Source of the DNA: Actinomycetota bacterium
GTDB taxonomy: Bacteria > Actinomycetota > Thermoleophilia > Gaiellales > Gaiellaceae
Direction of reading: 5' to 3'
Assembly: GCA_020029595.1 (NCBI GenBank)
Contig: JAIBJN010000002.1
Coordinates: forward strand, 844 to 64,843
Length of the DNA: 64,000 nt
Below, piece after piece: positions 8,857-19,684 of the stretch (within the stretch, counting starts at the first letter, position 1; every line of letters starts with the position of its first letter). Made by a program: the position numbers and the translations under genes. Under the pieces are notes generated by a model. The model ran no database searches. It had not been told where the DNA came from and saw nothing but the letters and a program-made list of their open reading frames with translations.

Positions 8857-9996
8857 TCACGCGCTCTTGAGCCGCTCCTCCTCTTCCTCCTCGTCGGCGC
8901 GCCAACGCCCCGCCCAGGCGCGCACGCGCCCGAGCTTGAGGATCTCGAGCACGATCACCATGTAGAGCGAGGTCGCCAGGACGACGAGGCCGATGCCGGC
9001 GACGAGGGCGGTCGGCCACAGGTGCCACTCGCCGTGGCTGCGGAAGGGCACGAAGCGCGTGGCCAGCGCGCCGCCGGCGAGCACGAGGCCCCAGACGTAG
9101 AAGTAGAGCGCGGCCCGGCGCTGCGTGAAGCCGATGTTGCGGAAGCGGTGGTACAGGTGCCAGGGCGTCGGCTCGGTCAGAGGCCTGCCGTACTTCAGGC
9201 GTTTGGCAATCACGAAGGAGGTGTCGAGGATCGGGACTGCGAGGACGATGAGCGGGAAGATGAGGGCCACGGTCGCGGCCGTCTTCAACGCGCCCTGGAT
9301 GGCCACCGCCGCGAGGACGAAGCCGAGCAGATGAGAGCCCGAGTCTCCCATGAAGATGCGGGCCGGGTAGAAGTTGTGACGCAAGAACCCGAGGCACGCG
9401 CCGGCGACGATCGCCGAGAGCACCGCGGCCTCCGGCCTCCCCAGCTCGAGGGCGAGGATGGCGAACGTCACCCCCGCGATCGCGCTGATCCCCGCGGCGA
9501 GCCCGTCCATGCCGTCGAGGAGGTTGATCACGTTCATCATTCCGACGATCCAGACGACCGTGACGAGCACGGAGAACCAGAAGGGAAGCTCGTGGACCCC
9601 GAGGAGCGGGAGGCTGAAGCGGTCGATGTAGACGCCGAAGTGGATCGCGATGGCGGCCGCCGCACCCTGCCCGCCGAGCTTGGCCCACCACGACAGGCCG
9701 CGGAAGTCGTCGGCCATGCCGACTGCCGTCGCCACGGCCGCGCCGAGCAGGATCCCGCGGTAGGCGCCGGAGAGGTCGAGGAACGCGAGGCCCGAGATGA
9801 AGATCCCGAGGAAGATGGCGAGGCCGCCGAGCCGCGGCACCGCACGCCGGTGCATGCGGCGGGCCTCCCCCGGCTCGTCCACGACTCCGAGGACGCGCGC
9901 CACGCGTCCTACGGCCGGCGTCAGGACGACCACGACGGCGAAGGCGACGAGGAAGCCCCAGAGCACGTCGAGATGGGCGGTGAACACGTTCCACAT
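8857..9996 (-). CDS. wecA: polyprenyl-phosphate N-acetylhexosamine-1-phosphate transferase (MraY/WecA family)
   Basis: 379 aa, polytopic. PRLGGLAIFLG, MNVINLLDGMDGLA and FMGDSGSHLLGF are the family motifs. The position between upp and the atp operon matches actinobacterial wecA/rfe. Confidence 0.8.
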   Translation of the reverse strand: MWNVFTAHLDVLWGFLVAFAVVVVLTPAVGRVARVLGVVDEPGEARRMHRRAVPRLGGLAIFLGIFISGLAFLDLSGAYRGILLGAAVATAVGMADDFRGLSWWAKLGGQGAAAAIAIHFGVYIDRFSLPLLGVHELPFWFSVLVTVVWIVGMMNVINLLDGMDGLAAGISAIAGVTFAILALELGRPEAAVLSAIVAGACLGFLRHNFYPARIFMGDSGSHLLGFVLAAVAIQGALKTAATVALIFPLIVLAVPILDTSFVIAKRLKYGRPLTEPTPWHLYHRFRNIGFTQRRAALYFYVWGLVLAGGALATRFVPFRSHGEWHLWPTALVAGIGLVVLATSLYMVIVLEILKLGRVRAWAGRWRADEEEEEERLKSA

Positions 9997-10011
9997 CGGA
10001 CTAGCTTCCGC

Positions 10012-10653
10012 TCACTTCGTGCCGTAAAGGCGGTCGCCTGCGTCGCCGAGCCCAGGAACGATGTAGCCGCGCTCGTCGAGCCCGCGGTCGATCGAGGCGA
10101 CGACGACGTGGACGTCCGAGTGGGCGGCGTGGAGGCGCTCGATGCCCTCGGGTGCCGCGATGATGGCGATCATCCGCACCGACTGCGCACCCGCCCGCTT
10201 GAGGATGTCCACAGCGGCGGTGGTCGAGTTCCCCGTGGCCAGCATCGGGTCGAGGAGGATGACGTCCCGCTCGGCGACGTCGGCCGGCAGCTTCACGTAG
10301 TACTCGACCGGCTGCAGCGTCTCCTCGTTGCGGTAGAGGCCGATGAACCCGACCCGCGCGGCCGTGAGCAGCGAGAGGACGCCGTCGAGCATCCCGATTC
10401 CCGCGCGCAGGATCGGAACGACGGCGACCTTCTTCCCCGAGATCCGAGGCACCGTCATTCGCTCGAGCGGCGTGGCGATCTCGACTTCTTCGACGGACAG
10501 GTCTTTCGTCACCTCGTAGGTCAGGAGGACGGCGAGCTCGTTGACGAGCTGGCGGAAGAACTGCGTCGGCGTCTCCGCGTCTCGCATGAGCCCGAGCTTG
10601 TGCTGGGCGAGGGGGTGGTCGACGACTGTGACGCGGGCCGCGGTGACACTCAC
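10012..10653 (-). CDS. upp: uracil phosphoribosyltransferase
   Basis: 213 aa. [58 protein letters not shown] overlap with the glyA stop. Confidence 0.93.
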   Translation of the reverse strand: MSVTAARVTVVDHPLAQHKLGLMRDAETPTQFFRQLVNELAVLLTYEVTKDLSVEEVEIATPLERMTVPRISGKKVAVVPILRAGIGMLDGVLSLLTAARVGFIGLYRNEETLQPVEYYVKLPADVAERDVILLDPMLATGNSTTAAVDILKRAGAQSVRMIAIIAAPEGIERLHAAHSDVHVVVASIDRGLDERGYIVPGLGDAGDRLYGTK

Positions 10654-11948
10654 GTGACGTACTCCGGGAAGCCGCGGTAGCCGGGGTAGAGCGGGCGCCG
10701 CTCGCAGAGGGCTTCGCTTCGCGCGCGCAACCCGTCGAGGTCGTTTCCCCCGAGCGCCCCGCCGATGATCTCACCTACCTCGCGCAGGTCGCCCTCGTCG
10801 AAGCCGCGCATGGTCACGGCCGGAGTCCCGAGCCTGATGCCAGAGGCCTCCATCGGCGGCCGCTCGTCGAAGGGCACCGTGTTGCGGTTCGCCGTGATCC
10901 GCACCTCGTGCAGCCGCTCCTCTGCGGCGCGGCCGGTCCACTCGCTCCGGCGCAGGTCGACCTGGACGAGGTGGGTGTCTGTACCACCGGTGAGGAGGTC
11001 GAAGCCGCCGTCGAGCAGGGAGGCGGCGAGCGCGTCGGCGTTCGCGCGGATCTGGCCCTGGTAGGCGCGGAAGGCGTCGGTGGCCGCGATCTTGAAGCAG
11101 GTCGCCTTCGCGGCGATCACGTGCAGGAGCGGGCCGCCCTGCATCCCCGGGAAGACCGCCTTGTCGACCGCGGCGGCGTGCTCCTCCTTGCAGAGGATGA
11201 ATCCCGCGCGCGGGCCGGCGAGGGTCTTGTGGCTCGTGGATGTGACGTAGTCGCAGTGCGGCACCGGGTTCGGGTGGAGCCCTGCGGCAACGAGCCCGGC
11301 GATGTGGGCCATGTCGCAGAGGAGGCGGGCGCCGACCTCGTCGGCGATGGCGCGGAAGCGCTCGACGTCGATCGTGCGCGGGTAGGCGGACGCGCCGCAG
11401 ACGATCAGCTTCGGCCGGTGCTCCTTCGCCAGCCGCAGCACCTCGTCGAAGTCGATCAGGCTTGTTTCGCGGTCGACGCCGTAGCCGGCTACGTCGTAGA
11501 GCTTCCCGGAGAAGTTGACCTTGAGGCCGTGCGTGAGGTGTCCGCCGTGGTCGAGCCGCATGGCGAGGATCGGGTCGCCCGGGTCGAGGCAGCTGAAGTA
11601 GACGGCCATGTTCGTCTGGGCTCCCGCGTGGGGCTGCACGTTCGCGTGCTCGGCGCCGAAGAGCGCCTTCGCCCGGTCGATGGCGAGCTGCTCGATCTCG
11701 TCGACGACCTCGCAGCCGCCGTAGTAGCGGCGTCCGGGGTAACCCTCGGCGTACTTGTTCGTCGGCACGCTCCCGACCGCTTCGAAGACCGACGGCCACG
11801 TGAAGTTCTCCGACGCGATCAGCTCGATCGTCCCGCGCTGGCGCTCGAGCTCGCGGCCGATCAGCTCGACGAGGTCGGGATCGACGTCCGCGAGCGCAGC
11901 CCGCTGCAGCTCCTCGAGGGATCCCACCGCGATCGCCATCCGTGCCAC
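10650..11948 (-). CDS. glyA: serine hydroxymethyltransferase
   Basis: 432 aa. [53 protein letters not shown] (PLP lysine). Confidence 0.97.
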   Translation of the reverse strand: MARMAIAVGSLEELQRAALADVDPDLVELIGRELERQRGTIELIASENFTWPSVFEAVGSVPTNKYAEGYPGRRYYGGCEVVDEIEQLAIDRAKALFGAEHANVQPHAGAQTNMAVYFSCLDPGDPILAMRLDHGGHLTHGLKVNFSGKLYDVAGYGVDRETSLIDFDEVLRLAKEHRPKLIVCGASAYPRTIDVERFRAIADEVGARLLCDMAHIAGLVAAGLHPNPVPHCDYVTSTSHKTLAGPRAGFILCKEEHAAAVDKAVFPGMQGGPLLHVIAAKATCFKIAATDAFRAYQGQIRANADALAASLLDGGFDLLTGGTDTHLVQVDLRRSEWTGRAAEERLHEVRITANRNTVPFDERPPMEASGIRLGTPAVTMRGFDEGDLREVGEIIGGALGGNDLDGLRARSEALCERRPLYPGYRGFPEYVT

Positions 11949-11998
11949 TCTACTCCGCGGCCCTGGACGGGCAAGCCTGTCCGTGCAATCGTCAGCGA

Positions 11999-12286
11999 GT
12001 GGGGATTGTGGGGATCCTGGCCGTCGCGGCTCTCGTGGTCGTGCCGCTCGTGCGCGAGTATGCGGACTTCCGGCGCTCGTGGGGGCTCGGCCGGCTGGCG
12101 GCGCTCGGCGTGACGGGGCTCATCGTCCCCGCGCTTGCGATCGGGCTCGCGCTCGCGCTGCCGTTCTCGCAGTGGCCCTTCGTGCAGTGGGGCGTGACCG
12201 TGGCGGCGGCCCTGGCCGCCTACTCGCTCGCCGTGCGCGCGGTCGAGGGCGCGCTCGCGCCCGAGCGGGTCTCCCACTCGCGCTGA
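11999..12286 (+). CDS. hypothetical small membrane protein
   Basis: Part of the plus-strand ORF 11942..12286. From GTG 11999 it reads [18 protein letters not shown]...[17 protein letters not shown]...[16 protein letters not shown] (3 hydrophobic helices). No homology recognised, and it overlaps the tail of the convergent epimerase ORF. Weak call. Confidence 0.3.
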   Translation: MGIVGILAVAALVVVPLVREYADFRRSWGLGRLAALGVTGLIVPALAIGLALALPFSQWPFVQWGVTVAAALAAYSLAVRAVEGALAPERVSHSR

Positions 12287-13305
12287 GGCGCGCCGTTCCC
12301 GGCCGGATCGGGCGCGGGGCCGGCCGTGCGCTGGTGCTTGATCACGTCGGCGAGGACGACGTCGAGATCGAGCGTCGCCTGCCAGCCGATGGCGGCGGCG
12401 ATCTTCTCCGTGGCCGGGACGCGGTGGTACATGTCCTCGATTCCGAGGCCGTAGACCTCCTCGTAGGGGACGAACGCGAGCTCCGACTCCGAGCGCGTCA
12501 TCTCGATCACGCGTTGCGCAAGGTCGAGGATGCTGATCGACTGCTGCGAGCCGACGTTGTAGATCTCCGCGCTCGTCTCCGGGCTCTCCATCAGGGCGGA
12601 GAGCGCGCGCACGGTGTCCGCGACGTGGCAGAAGCAGCGCGTCTGGGTGCCGTCCCCGTGGATCTCGAGTGGCTCGCCGGCCAGAGCGCGCTCGACGAAG
12701 CGCGGGATGACCATGCCGTACTGGCCGCTCTGGCGCGGGCCGACGGTGTTGAAGAGGCGGACGATCACGCAGTCGAGGCCGCGCTCCTGGTGATAGGCGA
12801 GCGCTAGGAGCTCGTCCATCGCCTTCGAGTCGGCGTAGGCCCAGCGGCGCGCCGTCGTCGGCCCGTAGACCCGGCGGGCGTCCTCGGGAAGAGGCGTCTG
12901 GTCGCGGTGGTCGCCGTACACCTCGGAGGTCGAGGCGAGGAGCAGGCGCTTCCCGAACCGGTGCGCGTGCTCGAGGATGACCTCCGTTCCGCGGACGTTC
13001 GTGAGGAGCGTGTGAACAGGCTGCTCCACGATCAGGCGCACGCCGACCGCTGCGGCCAGGTGGTAGACGACGTCGCACTTGTAGACCAACTCGTTGACGA
13101 CGGTGGGCGAGAGCACGGAGTCGACCACCAGGTGGAAGTCCCAGCGCTCCCGCAGGTGCGCCACGTTGTCGAGCGAGCCGGTGGAGAGGTCATCGAGCGC
13201 GTAGACCTCCCAGCCGTCGTTCAGCAGAGCCTCGCAGAGATGCGAGCCGATGAAGCCGGCGCCGCCCGTGACGAGCGCCTTTCGCCGTGTCGAGATTGGC
13301 TCCAC
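12220..13305 (-). CDS. NAD-dependent sugar nucleotide epimerase/dehydratase (extended SDR)
   Basis: From GTG 13305: [28 protein letters not shown]... with YADSKAMDE (YxxxK) and FNTVGPRQ. The track start at 13500 overlaps tsaC. The C-terminal roughly 35 aa are low complexity. Confidence 0.85.
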   Translation of the reverse strand: MEPISTRRKALVTGGAGFIGSHLCEALLNDGWEVYALDDLSTGSLDNVAHLRERWDFHLVVDSVLSPTVVNELVYKCDVVYHLAAAVGVRLIVEQPVHTLLTNVRGTEVILEHAHRFGKRLLLASTSEVYGDHRDQTPLPEDARRVYGPTTARRWAYADSKAMDELLALAYHQERGLDCVIVRLFNTVGPRQSGQYGMVIPRFVERALAGEPLEIHGDGTQTRCFCHVADTVRALSALMESPETSAEIYNVGSQQSISILDLAQRVIEMTRSESELAFVPYEEVYGLGIEDMYHRVPATEKIAAAIGWQATLDLDVVLADVIKHQRTAGPAPDPAGNGAPQREWETRSGASAPSTARTASE

Positions 13306-13315
13306 GCCGCGGAGT

Positions 13316-13930
13316 CTAGCCCCCGGAGCTGACGGAGAGCGCGTCCCGGACGCGCGCCAGCGCCTCCTCGGCGGGCACGGCGCCCTCGCGGAGGACGACC
13401 GGCTCCGGTCCGCTGATGTCGAGCACCGTGGACGGCCTCCCCGGCAGCTCGCCCGCGTCCACGACGGCGCCGCAGGCGTCGAGTATCTCCCGGGGGACAT
13501 CTTCGAGCCGGGCGGGGTCGGGCTCGCCGTGGCAGTTCGCGCTCGTCGCCGCGACGGCTCCCACCCGCCGGACGACCTCCAGCGAAGGCGGCGGCAGGTT
13601 TGGCACGCGGACGCCGATTGTCTCCGGTCTCGTCCCGGAAAGCCAACGGAAGCGCCGCGCCGGGTTCGGGAGGATCAGCGTGTACGGGCCCGGCAACAGA
13701 GCGCGCGCGAGGACCGCGCCGCGGCCGCGGGCCTCCGGCACAGCGTCGAGAATCGTGTCCAGGTCGGCGGCGAGCAGCTGCACCGGCATCGTCTCGGGCC
13801 GCTGCTTGACAGCGAAGAGCCGCCGGCAGGGACCCTCGCGGTAGGCGTCTGCACAGAGCCCGTAGACCGTGTCGGTCGGGACAAGGATCAGCTGCCCGGC
13901 GCGCAGCGCCGCGACGGCTTCGTCGCTCAC
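13316..13930 (-). CDS. tsaC: L-threonylcarbamoyladenylate synthase (Sua5/YrdC/TsaC family)
   Basis: From GTG 13930 (GTGA overlap with the prmC stop): [29 protein letters not shown]...FAVKQRP...SANCHGEP...STVLDISG. 204 aa. Confidence 0.85.
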   Translation of the reverse strand: MSDEAVAALRAGQLILVPTDTVYGLCADAYREGPCRRLFAVKQRPETMPVQLLAADLDTILDAVPEARGRGAVLARALLPGPYTLILPNPARRFRWLSGTRPETIGVRVPNLPPPSLEVVRRVGAVAATSANCHGEPDPARLEDVPREILDACGAVVDAGELPGRPSTVLDISGPEPVVLREGAVPAEEALARVRDALSVSSGG

Positions 13931-14763
13931 GCCTGTCCCCTCCAGCGAGCGTCGACGACCCGGTCGCGGCCCGCGAGGTCGGGCGTGCAGAGGACGTCGT
14001 CGTAGCCGAGGGAGCGGAGGCCCGAGGCAACCGCCGCGGCCTGGCCGTCGCCGCACTCGAGGACGAGCCGGCCGCCGCCAGGGAGGACCACGAGCGCGTC
14101 GCGGGCAATCCGTTCCCACACCCCGTCCCCGACGACGGCCTCGTACGGCTCGTAGAGCCGGATCTCGGGCTGGAGCGAGTCGTACTCGGCCACCGGCACG
14201 TAGGGCGGATTGGAGACGACGAGGTCGAACGGCCCGGGGAGTCCGGCAAGAAGGTCGCCGTGCCTGAGCTCCACCCGGCCGTTCACGTCGACGCGTGAGA
14301 GGTTCTCCCGCGCGAGGGCAAGGGCGCCCTCGGAACGGTCGACGGCGACGATACGAGCTCCGTGGTGCTCGTCGGCGATCGCAAGGGCGATAGCTCCCGA
14401 GCCGGTCCCGACGTCGAGGACGCGAGGAGCGTCGAGCTCGCGCAGGTGCAGAAGGCAGCGCTCGACCACGACCTCGGTCTCGGGGCGCGGGACGAGCGCG
14501 CGGCGGTCGACCGCCAGCGTGAGCCGCCGGAACCCCCACTCCCCGAGGACGTAGGCAAGCGGCTCCCGCGCCCGCCGACGCTCGACGAGCGCCCCCAGGC
14601 GCGCCAGCTCCCCGTCCGCCATGGCGCGGTCCGACGCGTACAGCCGCGACCGCGTCTTGCCAAGCACGTGCGCGACGAGCAGCTCCGCGTCGACCCGCGG
14701 CGACGGCACGCCGGCCTCGTCGAGCGTCCGCGCGACGACGTGCACCGCGTCGAGGGGCTTCAC
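13927..14763 (-). CDS. prmC: release-factor glutamine N5-methyltransferase
   Basis: From GTG 14763 (GTGA overlap with the prfA stop): ...[18 protein letters not shown]...LVPRPETE...[14 protein letters not shown]...LVVSNPPYV (NPPY). Confidence 0.9.
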   Translation of the reverse strand: MKPLDAVHVVARTLDEAGVPSPRVDAELLVAHVLGKTRSRLYASDRAMADGELARLGALVERRRAREPLAYVLGEWGFRRLTLAVDRRALVPRPETEVVVERCLLHLRELDAPRVLDVGTGSGAIALAIADEHHGARIVAVDRSEGALALARENLSRVDVNGRVELRHGDLLAGLPGPFDLVVSNPPYVPVAEYDSLQPEIRLYEPYEAVVGDGVWERIARDALVVLPGGGRLVLECGDGQAAAVASGLRSLGYDDVLCTPDLAGRDRVVDARWRGQA

Positions 14764-15815
14764 ACGGTCGCGGCCGCTTCGAGCGCGCGCCGGCGCTCCT
14801 CCGCCGCGAGCGCCTCGGTGAGCTCCCCGAGCTCGCCGTCCAAGACGGCGTCCAGCCGGTGGAGCGTGAGCTTGATGCGATGGTCGGTGACCCGGTTCTC
14901 GGGAAAGTTGTACGTGCGGATCTTCTCCGCGCGGTCGCCGCTCCCGATCTGCGAGCGCCGCTGGGCCGAGAGCTCCTCCTGCTGGCGCCGCAGCTCCGCC
15001 TCGAGCAGCCGGGCCCTCAGCACGCGCATCGCCTTCTGCTTGTTCTGGAGCTGGGACTTCTCGTCCTGCATCGCCACGACGATCCCCGTCGGCAGGTGCG
15101 TGATGCGCACCGCCGAGTCGGTCGTGTTGACGCTCTGTCCGCCCGGCCCCGTCGAGCGGTACACGTCGATCTTCAGGTCCGCCTGATCGAGCTCGACGTC
15201 GACCTCCTCGGCCTCGGGCATGACCGCGATCGTGGACGTGGACGTGTGGATCCGTCCCTGCGACTCCGTCTCCGGAACCCGCTGCACCCGGTGCGTGCCC
15301 CCCTCCCACTTGAAGACCGAGTATGCGCCGTCCCCCTTGACGCCGAACGTCACGTCCTTGTAGCCGCCGCCGTCGTTCGGGCCGGAGCCGAGCAGCTCCC
15401 ATTTGAAGCCGCGTCGCTCGGCATAGCGCGTGAGCATACGAAAGACGTCCCCCGCCCAGAGCGCGGCCTCGTCGCCGCCCGCGCCCTGCCGGATCTCGAC
15501 GACGACGTCCTTGACATCGTTCGGGTCGCGCTCGACGAGCGCGAGCTTCAGGTCCTCCTCGAGTCGCTCGAGCCGCGCCTCGATCTCCGGCAGGAGCTCG
15601 CGCAGGTCGGGGTCGGAGCGCGCGGCGTCGGCATCCTCGCGCGCCTCCTGCCACTCGAGCGCGAGCTTGTGCGGGCCCTCGAGCTCCTTCAGCCGGCGCC
15701 CGGCCTCGGCGGCCGCGTGGCGGTCGGCGTAGAGCGCAGGGTCGTTCATGCGCTCCTGCGCCTCGGCGTAGGAGCGCTCCAGCTCGTCGACCAGGTTGTC
15801 CATCTGCGCCGTCAT
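14760..15815 (-). CDS. prfA: peptide chain release factor 1
   Basis: From ATG 15815: [16 protein letters not shown]... with [18 protein letters not shown] and [24 protein letters not shown] (GGQ motif). 351 aa. Confidence 0.95.
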   Translation of the reverse strand: MTAQMDNLVDELERSYAEAQERMNDPALYADRHAAAEAGRRLKELEGPHKLALEWQEAREDADAARSDPDLRELLPEIEARLERLEEDLKLALVERDPNDVKDVVVEIRQGAGGDEAALWAGDVFRMLTRYAERRGFKWELLGSGPNDGGGYKDVTFGVKGDGAYSVFKWEGGTHRVQRVPETESQGRIHTSTSTIAVMPEAEEVDVELDQADLKIDVYRSTGPGGQSVNTTDSAVRITHLPTGIVVAMQDEKSQLQNKQKAMRVLRARLLEAELRRQQEELSAQRRSQIGSGDRAEKIRTYNFPENRVTDHRIKLTLHRLDAVLDGELGELTEALAAEERRRALEAAATV

Positions 15816-15892
15816 GACGGGTTCAGAATAGCCCTGAAAGCCCCTAGAACACGTGCTCCACGCCCGCTCGAGCGCGCCCACCGGGTCCGGCT

Positions 15893-16810
15893 CTAGGCCA
15901 TGACCTCGACCTTGCGCTCCTCCGGCGTGAGGCGGCCCTCCAGGCGGAGCACCTCGCGGAGCGCGCGGATCGAGACCTCGATCTGGTCGAGCGAGGGGTC
16001 CCGGGTCGTGAGGCGCTGGAGCCACAGCCCGGGCGCGAGGATTGTGCGCAGGATCGGGTTTTGGGGATGCTTCCCGGCGAAGCGGATCACCTCGTAGGCA
16101 ATCCCCGCGATCACCGGGAGCAGGAGGATGCGGGAGGCGATCAGCCAGAACCACCCCGGCTGGCCGACGAAGGCGAAGACGAAGATGGCGATCACCATCA
16201 CGTAGAGAAGGAACGCCGTCCCGCAGCGGACGTGGATGAGGCTGTGGCGCTGGACCGCCTCGGGCTCGAGCTGATCGCCCGCCTCGTAGGCGTTGATTGC
16301 CTTGTGCTCGGCCGCGTGGTACTGGAACACGCGCTTGAGATCCGGCATGAAGCCCACGATCACCAGGTAGAGGACGAAGATCGTCACGCGAACGAGACCC
16401 TCGACGACGACGAACCAGCCCGTCGACTCGATAGGCAGCCAGCTCGTGATCAGCGCCGGCGAGACCTTGAAGAGGAGGAGCGCGAAGCCGATCGCGAGGG
16501 CGAAGGCGAACAGGAGCTGCCCCCGCGAGAGCTCGGTCTTCACTTCCTCATCCTCCTCGCCCTCCTCCTGCGCCGCGTAGTTGGCCGAGATGGCGAGCGC
16601 GCGGAAGCCGATCGCGAGAGACTCACCGAGCGCGAAGATGCCGCGGACGACGGGGATGCGCGCCCACCGATGCCTGAGCAGGAACGACGAGATCGGCCTG
16701 TTGACCTCGGCGATCTCGCCGTCGGGCTTGCGCACGGCGACCGACCACGCGGAGGGGCCGCGCATCATCACGCCCTCCAGCACCGCCTGGCCGCCGATCG
16801 GCGCGCTCAC
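15893..16810 (-). CDS. DUF1385-family membrane protein (YqhQ-like)
   Basis: 305 aa. [14 protein letters not shown]...[13 protein letters not shown]...RCGT is the DUF1385 pattern. Lies between rpmE and prfA, as in many Gram-positives. Confidence 0.8.
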   Translation of the reverse strand: MSAPIGGQAVLEGVMMRGPSAWSVAVRKPDGEIAEVNRPISSFLLRHRWARIPVVRGIFALGESLAIGFRALAISANYAAQEEGEEDEEVKTELSRGQLLFAFALAIGFALLLFKVSPALITSWLPIESTGWFVVVEGLVRVTIFVLYLVIVGFMPDLKRVFQYHAAEHKAINAYEAGDQLEPEAVQRHSLIHVRCGTAFLLYVMVIAIFVFAFVGQPGWFWLIASRILLLPVIAGIAYEVIRFAGKHPQNPILRTILAPGLWLQRLTTRDPSLDQIEVSIRALREVLRLEGRLTPEERKVEVMA

Positions 16811-16825
16811 GACTGCGAGCGCTCC

Positions 16826-17050
16826 TTAGTGTTCGCCGCGCCCGGCGGCGCCGGCCTTCTCCAGGCGCCGCTGGAACCGCTCCACGCGGCCGCCCGTGTC
16901 GACGAGCTTCTGCTTCCCGGTGTAGAACGGATGACATTCGGAGCAGATCTCGACATGGAGCTCGGGCTTCGTGGAGCGCGTCTGGAATTCGTTGCCGCAG
17001 GAGCAGCGAACAGTGGCAAGGACGTAGTCGGGGTGGATATCCATCTTCAT
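16826..17050 (-). CDS. rpmE: 50S ribosomal protein L31 (Cys-containing, zinc-ribbon type)
   Basis: 74 aa. [10 protein letters not shown]...CSCGNEF...[26 protein letters not shown]. Confidence 0.95.
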   Translation of the reverse strand: MKMDIHPDYVLATVRCSCGNEFQTRSTKPELHVEICSECHPFYTGKQKLVDTGGRVERFQRRLEKAGAAGRGEH

Positions 17051-17057
17051 AGTCGGC

Positions 17058-17972
17058 CTAGCGGGAAATCGGCTTGAGGATACCAGAGGCCGTTTGGCCG
17101 TCTACGTTGCCGCCGGAGACGACAACGGCGACGGTCGCACCCTCCACGCGGGGCACCTTCCCGGCCAGGAGCGCCGCTACTCCGGCCGCCGCTCCCGGCT
17201 CCGCGGCGAGCTTGGCGCGCTCGTAGAGGAAGCGGAAGCCTTCCGCGATCGCGTCCTCGGTGACGAGAACGGACTCGACCCCGAGCCGGGCGCAGACCTC
17301 GATCGCAATCCGACCGGCGAAAGGAGCGTTCAGCGCGTCGGCGAGCGATTCGGGCCGGAGGGGCACGGGTTCCCGAGCTTCGAGCGCAACATGAAGGGCG
17401 GCCGAACCCTCGGGCTCCACGGCCACGATTCTCCTGTCGGGAAGCGCGGTAGCGATTCCTGAGACGAGGCCGCCGCCGCCTACTGGTACGACGACGACGT
17501 CCACGTCTGGGAGATCTTCGAGGATCTCGAGTCCGACGGTCCCCTGGCCGGCGACGACGAGCGGGTCGTCGAACGGGTGGACGAGCGTCCGGCCGGTCTC
17601 GCGCCGAAGCTCCTCGATGCGGGCGAAGGCTTCAAGGTGGTCCGCCGCGGTCTGATCGACCACCGCCCCGTACGCCTTTGTCGCGGCGACCTTGAGCTCG
17701 CTGGCCCCCTTCCACGTGACGAGGAGGCAGTCGATGCCCTCGCGGGCACAGCCCCACGCGAGCGCCTGCGCGTGGTTACCCGCGGAAATCGAGATGACGC
17801 CGCGCGCCTTTTCCTCGTTGGTGAGATCGGCGAGCTTCGTGAGGACGCCGCGCGGCTTGAAGCTCCCGGTCTTCTGCAGGAGCTCCGCCTTCAGGAAGGC
17901 GCGACCGCCGAAGGCCCGCCCGAGCGTCTCAGACGACAGGAGTGGCGTCCGGTGCAGGCGGCCGGCGATCAC
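17058..17972 (-). CDS. threonine/serine dehydratase (PLP fold type II, short catabolic type)
   Basis: C-terminal part of track ORF 17058..19292: ...HRTPLL...[19 protein letters not shown] (PLP Lys)...[10 protein letters not shown]...[11 protein letters not shown]. Start set to GTG 17972, just below the ETF-QO stop, and uncertain by a few codons. Confidence 0.85.
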   Translation of the reverse strand: MIAGRLHRTPLLSSETLGRAFGGRAFLKAELLQKTGSFKPRGVLTKLADLTNEEKARGVISISAGNHAQALAWGCAREGIDCLLVTWKGASELKVAATKAYGAVVDQTAADHLEAFARIEELRRETGRTLVHPFDDPLVVAGQGTVGLEILEDLPDVDVVVVPVGGGGLVSGIATALPDRRIVAVEPEGSAALHVALEAREPVPLRPESLADALNAPFAGRIAIEVCARLGVESVLVTEDAIAEGFRFLYERAKLAAEPGAAAGVAALLAGKVPRVEGATVAVVVSGGNVDGQTASGILKPISR

Positions 17973-17986
17973 GGCCGCGGCCGCTT

Positions 17987-19684
17987 CTACATCAGGGCGT
18001 ATTCGGGGCCGTCCCCGCCCTCGGGCGGCGTCAGCCGGCCGCCCTTCGCCGAGATCGCGCCGCACTGGACGCAGTTCGAGGCCGTCACCTCGACGTCGAC
18101 GACGTTCCCGGCCGGGCTCGCCTCGCCGGCGAGCTCGTAGACCTGCGCCGGGCACATGTGCCGCCAGGCCTCGGCGACCTCGCGCCGGACCTTCCGGTCG
18201 ACGCGGATATGGCTCGGCGCGTCGTCGCGCGTCCGGTTCCCGGAGAGGTAGACGCTCGAGAGCTTGTCGAAGACGAGCTCGCCGTCGGCGGTGGGATAGG
18301 CCCGCGCGCGGTCGCCGACGGTCACGGAGATGTCGGTGTCGCGCTCGAGCTCCATCGTTCCGGGCGGGAGCTTGCCGAGCGTGTTGAGAGAGAGCCCGGC
18401 GAGGAGCGCTCCGCGAGTGAAGCCGTGTTTGAAGGCCGGGCGCAGGTTCCGCATCCGATGCAGATCGGTCCAGATGTAGCTCCCGCGCACCCCCTCGTCG
18501 TAGCCCTCGAGCGAGCCCGGCCCCCACGCCGTCTGCCCGGGGCGCACCGCCTCGAAGGCCGTCTCCGCCGCGAGGATCCCCGACTTCATGGCGTAGTGAA
18601 CACCCTTGAGGGCGGGCACGTTCACGAAGCCCGCCGAGTCGCCGACGATCATCCCGCCGGGGAAGGAGAGGCGGTCGGGGAGCGCCTGGAGGCCCCCTTC
18701 GGGGATCGTCTTGGCACCCCAGGCGACGCGCGTGCCTCCGGCCAGGATCCCGTGGACGAACGGGTGGGTCTTGAGCTCCTGGAGGAGGTCGTGCACGGAG
18801 AGCGTGGCATCCGTGTAGTCGAGCCCGACGACCATCCCGAGCGCCACCTTGTCCTCGCCCAGCGGGTAGATGAAGCTCCCGCCGAATTCGCGGTACTGCT
18901 TTCCCCCCCGCAGAGGCCAGCCCATCGTGTGCATGATCCTGTTGGGCGGGCGCGGGACCTCCCAGACCTCCTTGACGCCGAGCGCGTACACCTGCGGGCG
19001 CGAGGCGAGCCCGAAGCGCGCGGAGGCCACGCCGGCGAGGTGGCCCTGCGTTCCCTCGGCGAGGATGGTCACGCGCGCGCGCAGGTCCGAGCCGGGCTCG
19101 AAGGTGGGAAGCTCCTCCCCGTCCTTCCCGCGACCCCGGTCGCCCGTACGGACTCCGAGGACGCGACCCCCGCCGACGAGGAGCGTGCGCGCGCTCGTCT
19201 CCGGGACGATCGTGACGCCCACCTCCTCGGCGCGCTCGGCGAGCCAGCGCCCGACCTCGGAGATGGAGGCGACGTAGTGATTGTGGTTCCACATCGTCGG
19301 GGGCGCCGGGACGCGCAGGTGCCGCTTGGGCGTCAGGAAGTACACGCCCTCGCGCACGACCGCTCCTCGGAAGGGCATCTCCTCCGTGTGGAGGCCCGGG
19401 AAGAGCTCGCGGAAGGCGCGCGGGTTGATCACGGCGCCCGAGAGCAGGTGCGCGCCCGGCGCCCGACCCTTCTCCACAACCGCGACCGGGACGTCGCCGA
19501 GGCGCTCGCGGACGTCGGGCTGCTCCTCGAGGAGCTGGCCCAGGCGGATCGCCGCGGACAGGCCCGCGGGACCGGCGCCGACGACGAGGACGCCGACGTC
19601 GATGCGCTCGTCGGGCGGGTCGGTCGGCTCGGCGACGAACTCGCGCCAGTCGAAGGGCGGCGGGAAGTCGGCCGGGCGGGTCAC
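17987..19684 (-). CDS. electron-transfer flavoprotein:quinone oxidoreductase (ETF-QO, FixC-FixX-like)
   Basis: From GTG 19684 (GTGA overlap with the etfA stop): ...DVGVLVVGAGPAGLSAAIRL (FAD fold) ... C-terminal MCPAQVYE...NCVQCGAI (4Fe-4S ferredoxin-like). 565 aa. Confidence 0.9.
   Translation of the reverse strand: MTRPADFPPPFDWREFVAEPTDPPDERIDVGVLVVGAGPAGLSAAIRLGQLLEEQPDVRERLGDVPVAVVEKGRAPGAHLLSGAVINPRAFRELFPGLHTEEMPFRGAVVREGVYFLTPKRHLRVPAPPTMWNHNHYVASISEVGRWLAERAEEVGVTIVPETSARTLLVGGGRVLGVRTGDRGRGKDGEELPTFEPGSDLRARVTILAEGTQGHLAGVASARFGLASRPQVYALGVKEVWEVPRPPNRIMHTMGWPLRGGKQYREFGGSFIYPLGEDKVALGMVVGLDYTDATLSVHDLLQELKTHPFVHGILAGGTRVAWGAKTIPEGGLQALPDRLSFPGGMIVGDSAGFVNVPALKGVHYAMKSGILAAETAFEAVRPGQTAWGPGSLEGYDEGVRGSYIWTDLHRMRNLRPAFKHGFTRGALLAGLSLNTLGKLPPGTMELERDTDISVTVGDRARAYPTADGELVFDKLSSVYLSGNRTRDDAPSHIRVDRKVRREVAEAWRHMCPAQVYELAGEASPAGNVVDVEVTASNCVQCGAISAKGGRLTPPEGGDGPEYALM

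Noticed and set aside
13316-19292. N-terminal extensions of the track ORFs: tsaC 407 aa, prmC 575 aa, prfA 464 aa, threonine dehydratase 744 aa, ETF-QO 623 aa.
   Set aside because: The extensions are low-complexity Arg/Gly/Pro sequence that overlaps the conserved C-terminus of the upstream gene. Internal GTG or ATG starts that overlap the upstream stop by 4 nt give proteins of normal family length.
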